Shown: one piece after another, positions 1 through 12,112 of the stretch
Position numbering within the stretch: the first letter of the stretch is position 1
Layout of the letters: the number at the start of each line of letters is the position of its first letter
Source of the DNA: Eledone cirrhosa
Lineage: Eukaryota
Assembly (NCBI GenBank): GCA_964016885.1
Contig: OZ024741.1
Location: 297,662,001-297,726,000, forward strand
Length of the DNA stretch: 64,000 nt
Direction: 5' to 3'
Made by a program: the position numbers and the translations under genes
The notes under the pieces: model-generated
Seen by the model: the letters and a program-made list of their open reading frames with translations, nothing else
What the model was told of the DNA's origin: nothing
Databases searched by the model: none

Positions 1-680
1 AGCTGTAATTTATGAAGCTGTGGTCACTTCCAACCGACCAAACGAACCACAGTAGGTCAAATCCTATGTGGGCATGGCGGAGGGCCGATTTAAGGAACGT
101 TTCCTGAACCACCAGTCTACTTCCAGGTACCCGGACAGATGTTCATCTACGAAACTCGCGAGCCACGTATGGTCCCTCAAGGACTCAAGTATAGACTACT
201 CCATTCAATGGAAAGCCATCACTAAGTCCAAGCCATACGCAAGGGGAAATCCGACGTGTGGCTTATGTATTGACGAACGAATAACTATTCTAAAGAGATT
301 ACGCAATAGTGATTGCCTAAACACGAGAAATGAATTTTTCACACGTTGTCCACACGTCGCCAAACACCTATTACATAACTACAAGGCTCCGGACTGATTC
401 TTTGTAATTTTATTTTCAAGCTAAAAACTTTTCGGACTTTCGCAGTTATCTCCCTTACACCTCTCGCACGCAGTCTAGTATTGCCTGTGTAAAGTGACAG
501 GGTTTCTGCACATGCGCGTTCGTACGGTTGTCCTTCCTGTTCCTATAACCATGCCCATTCCGAGCTGAGGATCCGCTAAGGTGAAACAATTGTTCTCGGT
601 ATGGTGAACTAACTGTTGTTTAACCACTTCTACCTAACTCGTCCCACTACGGATATTACGGACAAAGAGAGTAAGAAATG
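1..680 (+). mobile_element. 3' end of a Penelope-like element (Naiad-like GIY-YIG endonuclease, 3' UTR and pLTR)
   Basis: Frame reads VIYEAVV...(stop)..SYVGMAEGRFKERF..H..S...CGLC..E...LN.RNE....CPH and ends at 397, a PLE GIY-YIG C-terminus. A hammerhead follows at 560-599. An in-frame TAG near 53 indicates decay. Confidence 0.85.
560..599 (+). ncRNA. Minimal type I hammerhead ribozyme motif
   Basis: ccgag-CTGAGGA-tcc gctaa ggt-GAAAC-aatt-GTT-ctcgg. Stem I is ccgag/ctcgg, loop 3 is palindromic, cleavage triplet GUU. Confidence 0.8.
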
Positions 681-715
681 TGTGTGTATTGTGTGTGTGT
701 GTGTTTGGTACACGT

Positions 716-753
<38 letters not shown>

Positions 754-794
754 CTGTCCAAAAGACAGAACTATATACACAGATTGACATCTCT

Positions 795-1663
795 AATGCC
801 GGAGAATTGCTAAGAGATGCCAAGCAATATATAACTTTTGGGGAGAATGGCGCTGTTAGCATCACTTCTCCCAACAAATTGCGTAGAGACACTGTCCTGA
901 AAACCATAGTTTTTAGGACAATCTCAAATACCACCAGAAAACCAGCTCAATTAACTCAAAACGAAATTGAGCTGGTTCTAAGAAACTCCATGAAGGACAT
1001 TACCTTCATACAGAAGGGAAAACTCTTCGGGAGTTTATCAATAATAATGAAAGACCAATTGACGGCACAGAAATATTCTGTGTCGCCAATTGTGTCCCCC
1101 TCTGCACCTTTTCCCCCACATATATGGGAAAAAGGACCCCAAAAATAAAAGTAACAAATATCACACCAAATGTAAACATGTGGTGGATATTAACTGGTTT
1201 CATCAATTTTGATGAAGATACAGTAATTTCGGTAGGAAAGTCCTCTAGGGGCATATTCAACGGTACAAGCTTAGAAGTTCTGGTCCAAATGAGACCAGAA
1301 CGGATAGCTAGTATACAACAACGTGTGCCTCTGGATGGAAATTCCAACATAAACATTTCTGTTGAGGGTAGGCGGCCTTCATGTTACCAGTGTTTAAGCA
1401 GTGGTCACATGAAGGCTTCCTGTCCTCAATTAACTGCATTAAAAAAGGCACTACTGCCGACACCCAACACAACAACACAACCAACACCACCACCACAACA
1501 GCAACAACACACAAAAATAACAAAAACAAACCAAACTGCAAACACAGTCCCACCCAACCCGTCCCCACCTAAAACAACTCCCAAAACACCGACAAGCACA
1601 ACAGCTCCCCCAAACATACCCCTCCCCAATCAAACAGACACCACAACGGACGAAGCCCCCTAG
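795..1663 (+). pseudogene. Tx1-like ORF1 (gag-like, zinc knuckle), frameshifted near 1120
   Basis: ORFs 678-1148 and 1124-1663 overlap. EGRRPSCYQCLSSGHMKASCP is a CX2CX4HX4C knuckle followed by a P/T-rich tail. Confidence 0.75.
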
Positions 1664-2145
1664 TCATCACTCAGTGATGATGAGGGAGAACCCCTCCGCT
1701 CCAAAATAAAAAAGAAAAAAAGACATAACACGAACAAAAAGGCAACAAACACACAACCACCAACACAAACAACACAAACATTACAAACAAAAATCCCCCC
1801 TCCCGAAAACAAAACACTCCAAACACAAATACCCACAACAAAACGAAAACACACACAAGAACAACATACAAAAACTAACTCAACACAACAAAAATGTTAT
1901 ACATACATAAACACTGACAATAAAACCTCGTTGGAGGTCATCTCCAAAAACCCTTCCGTAGAAACCGAAGGAAAATATTTTACCAAATGTAAAGACAAAC
2001 CAAATTTAAGGACACCTATAAGTCCTTAAAGGAAAACTTTGCTGAGGACGTGAGGAATATGTGTGTTTAACCAAAGAACCGCGTCCTCTTGAAACGTTTC
2101 CCCACCCCCACCCTACTAGACACCCCTCCCCACCAAACATCTCCG

Positions 2146-5100
2146 TCACGGTAGTGAAGGTGGAGCCTTCAGGCTGGTGGCCGCATATGCCCCATCCGGG
2201 ACACCGCGGCCAGACTTCTTCAAACGTCTAGAGACTTTTCTGGGAACGTCCCGATCCTTGCTTTTAGTGGGGGACTGGAATGGGATCCTAGATGCACGTT
2301 GGGCTAAAGGAGGGTGTAACAGCCTCAAACAGTTAATCGGCCAATTTGAACTGGCCGATAGATATCGACTAGATTTTCCGACTGTGCCACTGTGGACGTG
2401 GACTAAACCAGCGGAACATCTAGATCGTACCTAGATAGGGTTCTAGTTAGAAATAAAGATAGGGACATGTTAAGCTGTCCACAAATGTTCATGGTTGCCT
2501 ATTCAGATCACAAACTAGTGACCTGCATGGTCAACCTTGATAGAACCCATAGACAAGGACCCGGCTACTGGAAGCTGAACTTGTGGTTACCGACATGCAA
2601 AACCTACAGTAGACGGATTAGCACTTTAGTTAAACATCACTTGACAGGGGCCATTGTCAACAACAGATGGTGGTACTCTCTCGTTAGTTTTTAGTAAAGA
2701 ATTAGCGTTAAATAGAAATAGGACCGAGAAGGAACTGATAGATAAAGTAGAAGAGGCAATTAGAGTGGAAACGTAGCCAGCGTGCTAGCAACGAGAACGG
2801 CCTTGGACCAGTTCTTCGACGCAAAGCACGAGGGCTGCGTTGTCAGAAGCAAAATACGTGCTCTGGGTAACGAGGGAGCCAAAGCTGATTAGCTGGGCCC
2901 GGGTGACGGAGGCAAAAAGTGGCAACAAGTCCACGATTCTGTCTTTGAAGGACCAAGACGGGCGCGTGATACGTGAGCCGAAGCAGATGTGCGCAGCCTT
3001 TCAGCGGCACTTTGCTCGACTGTTCGGACAGGGCGGCGCGCCGGGAGGGGCTATGGATTTCGGTCCATACCTCGACGGCCTACCGCGACTCTCGGACAGC
3101 GGGGCGAAGTTCTGCGAAAGGCAGATTTCAGCCGCTGAGATAGGGGACGCGCTGAGCCAATGCAGCAAATGCAAATCTCCAGGTCTCGACGGTCTCCCCT
3201 ACGAATTTTACGTAGCAATGCCGGATTGTTCTCAGGTCTCCTGGAAGCGGTCTACTGCAACTGGCAGCAGAATGGGAGAATTTACAGTTCTGTGGCCAGG
3301 GGCGTAGTCACACTAGTCAGGAAGGACGAGAACAAGGGGGATGACATAGGCAACTTCCGACCCATAACTCTTCTAAACACAGAGTTACAGATTTTGGCCA
3401 AGGTGTTGGCAAAGAGGCTGGCGCTTGTCGTCGAAAACCTGGTGGGAGAAGCGCAGACATGCGCAATCCCGACCAGGTCCATACACGACAACCTCCACCT
3501 TATGCGATACATCATAGAGATGGTAGGGTGTAAACCCGGCTTCGGTGAGGCCCTGATCAACTTGGATCAGTCTAAGGCTTTCGATAGGGTTGACCATTTT
3601 TACCTGGATGCAGTGCTCGAGGCGGCAGGCTTCGGACCCGTATTCAGGGGCTGGATTGCTACAATGCACAACAGCAACATCTGCTCAAGGGTCAAGGTGA
3701 ACGGCTACCTCTCAGAGCCGTTCCATATCACGCGATCCATTCGACAGGGATGCCCTCTCTCCTCCCTTCTGTACGTACTGACACTCGAGCCACTACTGCG
3801 GAAGTTGGAGCTATTGCAGGGCATCCCTCTGGAACCGGGACTGCGGAAAGTGGCGTCGGCCTACGCCGACAACGTTACAGTAATGGTGTCGAGCACCTCA
3901 CAAATCGAGGAAGTTGGCACCTTACTGAAGGAATACGAAAGGTTCACAGGAGCGAAGCTGAACCGGGACAAGTCCATCGGTTTGCAACTCGGATCGTGGA
4001 GAGGCAGGCCGATGCCTTCCGATGGCGTCGTCGGACGCTGGACGGAAGAACCGGTAAAGCTGCTCGGGGTCTGGTTTGGTCCGGACATCCAGGTGGAGAA
4101 GAACTGGAACGAGATGACGGCCAAGGTGTTTGCACTCACCCAGAAGTGGGCCGAGTGCAAACTATCCTTGAAAGGTCGAGCGGAGGTGGCGAACACTTTT
4201 ATAGCGTCCGTCATTTACTACCGCTTGACCGTCGTGCCTTGTCCAGCCAAAACGCTCGCCAAAATGCAGCGCGCGCTCTTCCAATTCCTTTGGAAGAAGC
4301 GAGCTCCTTTGGTGAGAAGATCCATCTGCTGCCAACACCCTTCAAACGGAGGGCTGGGGATGCCGTGGCTGACGATGCGCAAACACGCGCTCAGGATGCG
4401 GCACCTCCACGTATTACTCACCGGACAACCGGTGTGGTCCCCGTTATTGAGGCGAGCCTTCCCACGACTCGTCTCGCTGACCGAGCTGCAGTCCTGGGTC
4501 AAGCAAAGACCGAGGAAAATGGGCGACTGGCACATCGAATGTGCTCAGGCGCTCACAGCCCTCTGGCAGGCGGACCCGGCGATCAGTAGAGACTCCACTT
4601 CGTCATTCTATAGAGGGTTGGTCCGCAGCAAGTGCGACGACGCGCTCGGAGAAACTCTAGGCGTAGAGGAAGACGAACAGGCCAGTCTGTTCGGTAGAAC
4701 CTTCCGCCCGGGACCGATGGACAACTTCCGAAAGTCCCTGGCCTGGCAGTACTACCGAGGAGCTCTACCAATTCGAGACAAGCTCTACAGACACGGGCGC
4801 CCAGTCAGGGACCCTTCGAAAAAGATCTGTCCTAGATGCGTGCGCGACGAGGAAACCGTCGCGCACGCATTTGTACACTGCCCGGGCGTTACCAGCATGC
4901 GGGGCTATGTAGAACGACTATTGTCGCGGGTGGGACCAATCCAGTTGACCACCGAGTCCATTGTCATAATCAAACCGCCGCCTTCCTTCGAAAACGAAGG
5001 AGAGGCGGTTTTCCTTTGTGTGATAGCTATGGCGAAAGAGGTTGTATGGTGGACGAGGTTAAAAGGACTGAGGTCAGACACCTTTCTCTCCGGCCAACAA

Positions 5101-5244
5101 CTGATTCTTTTTTTCAAATACCACTTTGGAAGAAGAATCAGGATGGAGGGAGAGGTGCTGTACCCCAGCAAGTTTTATGAAAGGTGGGTGAAAGTGGCGA
5201 GAATGGCCCGAGTGAATGGGCCTTCTCTCTATATCAGCCTGTAG
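2146..5244 (+). pseudogene. Tx1-like ORF2 (AP endonuclease + reverse transcriptase), frameshifted
   Basis: APE motifs AYAP, GDWN, SDH and GPGYWKLN. RT motifs KSPGLDGLP, FRPITLLN, DQSKAFDRV and RQGCPLS. The catalytic YADD is mutated to YADN. C-terminal CPRC...H.FVHC. Confidence 0.9.
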
Positions 5245-5584
5245 GTTGAGGAAAAGGAGGAGGAGAGGAAAGGAGTACAAACTCTTCGTACTCCTGGAGA
5301 TGAGGGTTTCACATTTTTTCGGGGGTATGTGTTACCCATATGTAATGTCTCCCCCTATTGGGGAAAATCGACTAACTTTTTTAATTGCATTTGTGATAAC
5401 ATTTTACACGTTTTTATTGTATGTAAACTTTCCCCTTTGTATTTGTCCCCTTCTTTTGTGCCCCTGTGGCTAATAAAGAAACATATCTATCTATCTATGT
5501 ATCTCTCAATCTCCAACAGGCGAACTACTTTTCTGTGGCCCGTGGTAGAACCAATATTTCATATTGCATTATAACTGATGAAAA

Positions 5585-5812
5585 TAAGGCGGTGAGCGGT
5601 GAGTTGGTGGAATCGTTAGCATATCTGGCGAAATCCTTAACTGTACTTCTTCCGTTTTTACGTTCTGAGTTTAAATTCCGCTGATCTCAACTTTGCCTTT
5701 CATCCTTTTGGGGTCGATGAATTAAGCACCAGTTGTGTACTAGGATCGATGTAATCAACTGAACCCTAAACCTCAAATTTCATGCCTTGTTCCTACAGTA
5801 GAAATGATTATA
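5585..5812 (+). mobile_element. tRNA-derived SINE (family 1); other copies or fragments at ~6486-6560, 12930-13125(-), 15800-15960(-), 15990-16183(-), 19335-19440, 29390-29490, 37845-38010(-)
   Basis: Degenerate A/B-box head (taaggcggtgag...gagtttaaattcc) and the shared core ctttgcctttcatccttt.ggggtcgat.aa.taag.accag, which recurs across the window. Confidence 0.7.
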
Positions 5813-5912
5813 ACTGGTGAAAATCTTCACCCACCACCACGTTTGGCCCACTGTTCCTCTCCTCCGGGACGTAATGGTCCTTTTGTGTCCTTGAGTTTGA
5901 GATCCCTCTTCT

Positions 5913-5943
<31 letters not shown>

Positions 5944-6272
5944 CTTTACTTTTTTTCTTTCTCTGGACTACGCCCATGCTGGAGCATCACCTTGGTAAGT
6001 TATGGGGACGTCAACAAACCAACAAGCATTGGTGGGAGGGCAATCACAAACGCAAAGACACACACAGACATATATACATATATACGACAGGCTTCGTTTA
6101 GTTTCGGTCTATCAAATCCACTCACAGGGCTTTAGTCGGCCCGGGCAGTGGGACTGAACCCGGAAACATGTGGTTGGGAAGCAAGCTTCTTTTCACACTG
6201 CGCGCACATACACACACATATATATATATATGTGTGTATAATATATATATTATACACACACACATACACACA

Positions 6273-6337
<65 letters not shown>

Positions 6338-7489
6338 TTACAGACTTGAATATAAATGCATGTATATATACAAATGTTTAAAGGCATAGCTATATACATA
6401 CGTAAATGTATGTATATACGTATGTAGATTTATATATATATATATGTATGTATGTATGTATATATATATATATATCATCATTATCTTACGGGGTCGATAA
6501 AATAAAGTACCAGTAATGTACTGGGTAATTGCTGGCCTTGTGCCAAATGTAGAAACAATTATCTATAAAAGGCAGATTGTTGTTGTTGTGTGTGTGCGCG
6601 CGCATGTTCCATGTTTATACATTTGCACAATTTCAAACCGATTCGACTCAAAGTCTGTAAGAATGTAGTAAATGGTCTAACTTAGGTCAACGACTATTTA
6701 TTTCATTCCCACTCACCCACAATTACGGAAATAATTGATAAAACTAAATATATGGCGCTTTACCCCTCTAATACAATCTGATTTACTCTACCTACGTCCA
6801 TACATACTGCAACCTTCTCTTATATACGCTTATAAACCAACTCCTTAATAATTTCCTTTAGAGAGAGAGAGAGAAAAAATAAAGGAGGTAGCCAGAGAGT
6901 GAGAGACAGAGACAAACGTTAAATACATGACACTTACATCTCTTATATACGCTTATAAACCCACTCCTTAATAATTTCACACAATTACATTTTGTGTATA
7001 ACATATTTACACGTTTATTGAGTGAAAAAAAAAACCACATAGGGATTTTTGGCCAAACAACTTCACATTGCTGACAGAAGCGCGCTTTGAACAAACGGTG
7101 AGTTATTTATTTGCCTTTTAGAATATAGTAAATGGTCTAACTTAGGTCAACGACTATTTATTTATTTCAAAATCACCCACAATTACGGAAATAATTTCCT
7201 CTCTCTACTCCACATAAAAATCGAAAAAAAAAATACATGCTCACACACAATTACATTTTGTGTATAACATATTTACACGTTTATTGAGTGAAAAAAAAAA
7301 CAAATAGGGATTTTTGGCCAAACGACTTCAAATTGCTGACAGAAGCGCGCTTTCAACAAACTGTGAGTTATTTATTTGCCGTTCGTTCTCCAACTTTTCC
7401 CCCTGCGGAACGCAGACAGTTTTCAGCCTTATACTTTCAAAGGCAATTTTGCTGTAGAAGTAACTTTCACCCTTTCTTTTTCACATAAA

Positions 7490-10400
7490 ATGCCACCTAA
7501 AAAGAGAAGTCGCCTCGGTCGCCATACCGCGTCAGCGGCGGCGCAGAGGGCGATTAAAGCAAACGAGCCCCCCCCCCCCCCCCCGAAACTGCTTTAAGAC
7601 TTTCACAGAGCGCCTTACGTTCAGCGGAATGCAGAGCTGCTGAAAGTTTTCAACAACGCACCGCATACCTAGCCAAGATGGCCTCATACGACGCCTCGAG
7701 ACGTGCTGCGATGTGCGATTCGGAGCGGGCGATACGTCATTCCCCCCCCCCCCCCCCCCAAAAAAAAAACCGCTTCTACTGCTACTTCCAGGGCTTCAGA
7801 GGGCCCGGAACAAAGGTCGACTCGCCTGAATAGAAACGCTGCTGCTACTGCTGCTTCTAGGGCTTCTAGGGCTTCTAGGGCTTCAGAGGACACTTTTGAA
7901 AGGGACGTGCTGCTCAGTCTTCAAAACATGCTTCATGAGCACAACAGTTATATTCGCAGTTTCAAATACGCATTGGAAACAAATCCTTCACCAAACTTTA
8001 CCATTGTCATCGATGCTGACAAAAGACCTTCTGGGGAGCACGCTCGCCGTTATAACGCTCCTTCGTGCAATGAAGTGACCGTAGTTATCCATGGTGAACA
8101 GCACAATAAGCGAGACATAGTTCTTCAAAGCCGTGACAGTGGTCTTCGACGTATTAATGAGACGCATCGTTCATACGACGCCCTGCAGTACTCCCTTCTT
8201 TTGGCATACGGAGAAGACGGGTACCATTTCGGCATTCCTCAACGCAAACCAAACGAGCCCACTTCTGCGACATCTAAAACTGTTTCATGCATGGTTTTAT
8301 ACTCATACCGCTTCATGACGAGGCCTAACGATTTCAGCACCCTGCACAGGTCACGGGAACTGTTTCACCAGTTTGCAGTTGACATGGCTGCAAAGGTGGA
8401 GTCGGAGAGACTGTGCTTCATAAAATTGAATCAGAGGCAGCTGCGAGTAGACTCCTACATCCATTTGCGTGACGGCATCAGGAATGACACTGACCCCCGA
8501 AACATCGGCAAAATGTGTATTCTCCCCTCAACCTATACAGGGGGGGGGGGGGCGGTACATGCACGAGCGAACACAGGACGCTATGACGTTCGTTCGGCAT
8601 TATGGGCGCCCCGATTTATTCATCACGTTTACGTGTAACCCAAGTGGGTTGAGGTTACGCGGGAACTTATCCCAGGGTAGCAGTACTGCCACCGGCATGA
8701 TATTATTGCCAGGGTTTTCAGGCAGAAGCTGGCTAAGCTAATTGATCTAATAAAAAAAGAGAAGGTTTTCGGGTCTGTTAGGTGCCACATGTATACTGTT
8801 GAGTGGCAGAAGAGAGGGTTGCCACACGCGCACATTTTGGTTTGGTTGGTCACCAAAATAGACCCTACAGTTATAGATGACGTCATCGCAGCAGAAATAC
8901 CGGACCCCGTTGTTGACCGGCAGCTGTACGATATTGTGCACGGTCCATGCGGTCCCGGTTTTCAAGAGTTCTCTTCATGCCACAAGGACCATGTGTGCAC
9001 TAAACGATACCCAAAGAGGTTTGTTGAGGAGACCCAGACCGGCGGCGACGGATACCCACTGTATAGACGAAGGCGGCTTGAGAACGGTGGTTTCACTATG
9101 ACGTTACGGGGTCATCAAGTTGATAATAGGTGGGTGAAAACTTTCAACGCTCATATAAATGTGGAGTTCTGTCATTCAGTGAAGTCGATAAAGTACATAT
9201 GTAAATATGTTAACAAGGGTTCCGACGCTGCCATGTTCGGCCTTCAAAACGACAATAGCAGGGACGAGTTCTCGGAGTACTTGGCAGGTCGATATATCAG
9301 CAGTGGTGAAGCCTTTTGGCGGATATTCGGGTTTCCACTTCACCAAAGGCACCCCGCCATCATACAACTAGCGGTTCATTTGGAAAATGGCCAGCGGGCT
9401 TACTTTACTGAACAGACTGCTGCTCATTTGGCGGCCAATCCAAAAGAAACAACTTTGACTGGTATTTTTACGCTTTGCCAACTTGACACATTTACAAAAA
9501 CACTTTCATATCCTCAGGTCCCGTCCTACTATGTGTGGTCAAACAACACTTGGGTGCGTAGGAAGTCAGGTCAGGATGTTGAAGGACATCCTGGTGTCAA
9601 GTTTGACAGTTGTCTAGGAAGAGTGTACACTGTACCTCCCAACCAGCATGAGTGTTTTCACCTGTGCCTTCTCCTCCATGAGGTTTTTGGCCCACAAAGC
9701 TTTCGAGACATAAGAACTGTTGACGGTGAATTATGTGATACTTTCCGGGAAGCCTGCTTTAGGCGTGGCCTTTTGGAGGATGATTCACAATGGGGCGCCA
9801 CTATGGCAGAGGGCGTTTTGTTGAAATCTCCTAAAAGACTAAGATCGCTTTTCGCTATTCTACTATGGTGCGACTTGGGTGATCCGGCCTCTTTATGGCT
9901 TAGCTACAACGATTATATGTCTGAAGATTTCCTGCGTCACGCTCAGTTGCTAAACCCATCGATGGAGGTCGGGTACAGTGACCTCATTTACAACAGGGTG
10001 CTGCTTGAAATCGAAGATACTGTTCTCGATATGTGCGGTAGTGCGTTGGCTGTGTATGGCCTACCTTCAACAAACCGGGAAGGCGCAAACACTCTGTCTT
10101 CGGATTTGCTGCGTGAGACATCTTATACTGTTGACGAGCTTGCCCATTACATAGCGGAGAATGAGCCAAACCTCCTTCCAGAACAGAAATTCGCTTACAA
10201 CTCTGTTGTTAATTCTGTCCGGGGCAAAGCTGGGGGGATTTTTTTCCTGGACGCTCCTGGGGTGACTGGGAAAACTTTTGTCACCAAATTAATATTAGCT
10301 GAGATTAGGCGAACAGAAGGCATTGCCTTAGGTGTGGCATCATCTGGAATTGCGGCTACTTTGTTGCCGGGCGGTAGGACAGCTCACTCCTATTTCAAGC

Positions 10401-10861
10401 TCCCGCTTGACTTAGCGAAGACTGAGACACCCACTTGCAACAGCAGTAAGAGCTCCGATCAGGCAGAAGGGTTCAGACGATGCAAGATTATCGTTTGGGA
10501 CGAATGCACGATGCCCCACAGAGGTGCTCTTGAGGCGCTCGATAGAACTCTGAGAGACATCAAAGACTCTACGGTTCCAATGGAAGGCATAACACTTCTT
10601 CTTTCAGGGGACTTTAGGCAAACGCTTCCCGTTATTCCCAAGGGGACTAGAGCTGATGTAGTACGTGCGTGTCTTAAGTCATCCGTATTGTGGCTCCTGG
10701 TGAAGACTCTGAAACTTCACACTAACATACGTGTTCATATGCGAGGTGATATCACATCAGCAGCATTTTCTCACACTTTCCTTGCACTTGGCGAAGGCAA
10801 AACGCCCGGGGATGAATCTGATTACCTCTCTCTACCCCCCCCCCCCCCTAAAATTCGATAA
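7490..10861 (+). pseudogene. Helitron Rep/Pif1-helicase, frameshifted and C-terminally truncated
   Basis: HUH Rep motifs PDLFITFTCNP, VEWQKRGLPHAHIL and KYICKYVNKG. Pif1 motifs FLDAPG.TGKTF, GRTAHS.FKLP, WDECTM and SGDFRQTLPVI. Split over ORFs 7703-8638, 8469-8741 and 8789-10861. Confidence 0.92.
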
Positions 10862-10921
10862 AACTACATACATGCTTACAAACTTCCTTTAGGAATGCCG
10901 AAGAGAGAGAGAAGAAAGGGA

Positions 10922-10992
<71 letters not shown>

Positions 10993-11200
10993 TTTGTTTT
11001 TGAGTGTGGAACGGTCAAACATTTATTTACTTCAATGACAAAGAGAACTTATTACATTTCATACGAAACAACAATTATTCAAAAGCAACAGATAAATTTA
11101 TTCAACAACAACAAAAAAATAGCGATAAATCTTTTTTAAAAACCCTCAACGAACGTGGAAGAAAGAAGTATCAGTTTATTTACTATACACAATAATATAC

Positions 11201-11562
11201 TCTATGAGGTCACTAAACCTGCTAGAAACAGCAGCTAACTCTCCCCCATATCACACCCCTCCCTACTGTCTTAAATTTGGAAAGCATATCTTCTATGAAG
11301 TCACTAAACCTGCTAGAAACAGCAGCTAACTCTCCCCCTATTACACTACTCCCTACTGTCTTCAATTTAGAAAACATATCCTCTATGAGGTCACTAAACC
11401 TGATAAAAACAGCAGCTAACTCTCCCCCATATCACACCATCCCCTACTGTCTTAAATCTAGAAAACACATATCCTCTATGAGGTCACTAAACCTGCTAGA
11501 AACAGCAGCTAACTCTCCCCCATATCACACCCCTCCCTACTGTCTTAAATTTAGAAAACACA
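11201..11562 (+). repeat. Tandem array of four ~91-bp units
   Basis: Units start at 11201, 11292, 11382 and 11475 (tctatgaggtcactaaacctgctagaaacagcagctaactctccccc...) with no unique spacers. Confidence 0.9.
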
Positions 11563-11870
11563 AATTAGACAACCATGCAGAACAACTCCATCGCAGCTCT
11601 GTTGTTCGGCTGGCATCGTCTACGCGCGTGTTGCGCAAGTACTGTGAAACAATAAATTTCAACACTTTTTTGCACAGAGATAATATCCATAGGCGAAACT
11701 ACAATTGTCACTGCTGGCGCAGCTCCTGTTTCGGCAGTCCAGGTCTGTAATTCATTCACCCAGTGCCTGGCAGACAAAAAAGTGCTGCCATAAAATGTGT
11801 GGTGCAACCTAACTTTGGTAACTTACTCACTCCGAGCAACGCCGAGCTTTAATGGTGGTATATATATATA

Positions 11871-11985
<115 letters not shown>

Positions 11986-12008
11986 TTATATATTTATATA
12001 TTTATTTA

Positions 12009-12112
12009 TATTAGATATGTAATAAACATTAGTTATTACATAACTAATAAGCTCTGTAGCCTTCATAGAGCACTCTTTTTTCCTGTACCTTTCCTACGGA
12101 AATACTTCATTT
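12009..12112 (+). mobile_element. Minimal PLE footprint (short hairpin + tail) in (TA)n
   Basis: tattagatatgtaataa/ttattacataactaata inverted pair followed by a tail containing catagagcactc. Flanked by TA repeats. Confidence 0.5.

Larger units (their letters stand above)
752..5482 (+). mobile_element. Tx1/L1-clade non-LTR retrotransposon, degenerate, inserted in a (TATC)n tract
   Basis: ORF1 with a CCHC knuckle, ORF2 with APE, RT and a C-terminal cysteine motif. The 3' end has AATAAA. (TATC)n lies on both sides (717-751 and 5484-5497). Confidence 0.9.
6562..11857 (+). mobile_element. Helitron (degenerate RepHel) with internal duplications and captured sequence
   Basis: 5' A|TCtataaaaggcag. 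3' degenerate hairpin ccgagcaacgccgag near 11832. Internal direct repeats 6660-6735/7119-7195 and 6978-7115/7245-7380. Confidence 0.75.

Noticed and set aside
3750-4589. 279-aa overlapping ORF and other antisense or alternate-frame ORFs inside LINEs and Helitrons
   Set aside because: These are shadow ORFs of GC-rich TE coding sequence with no motifs.
11201-11562. Possible CRISPR array (also the 16-bp triplet at 39273-39321)
   Set aside because: Units are contiguous with no unique spacers, no cas genes are present, and the context is eukaryotic.
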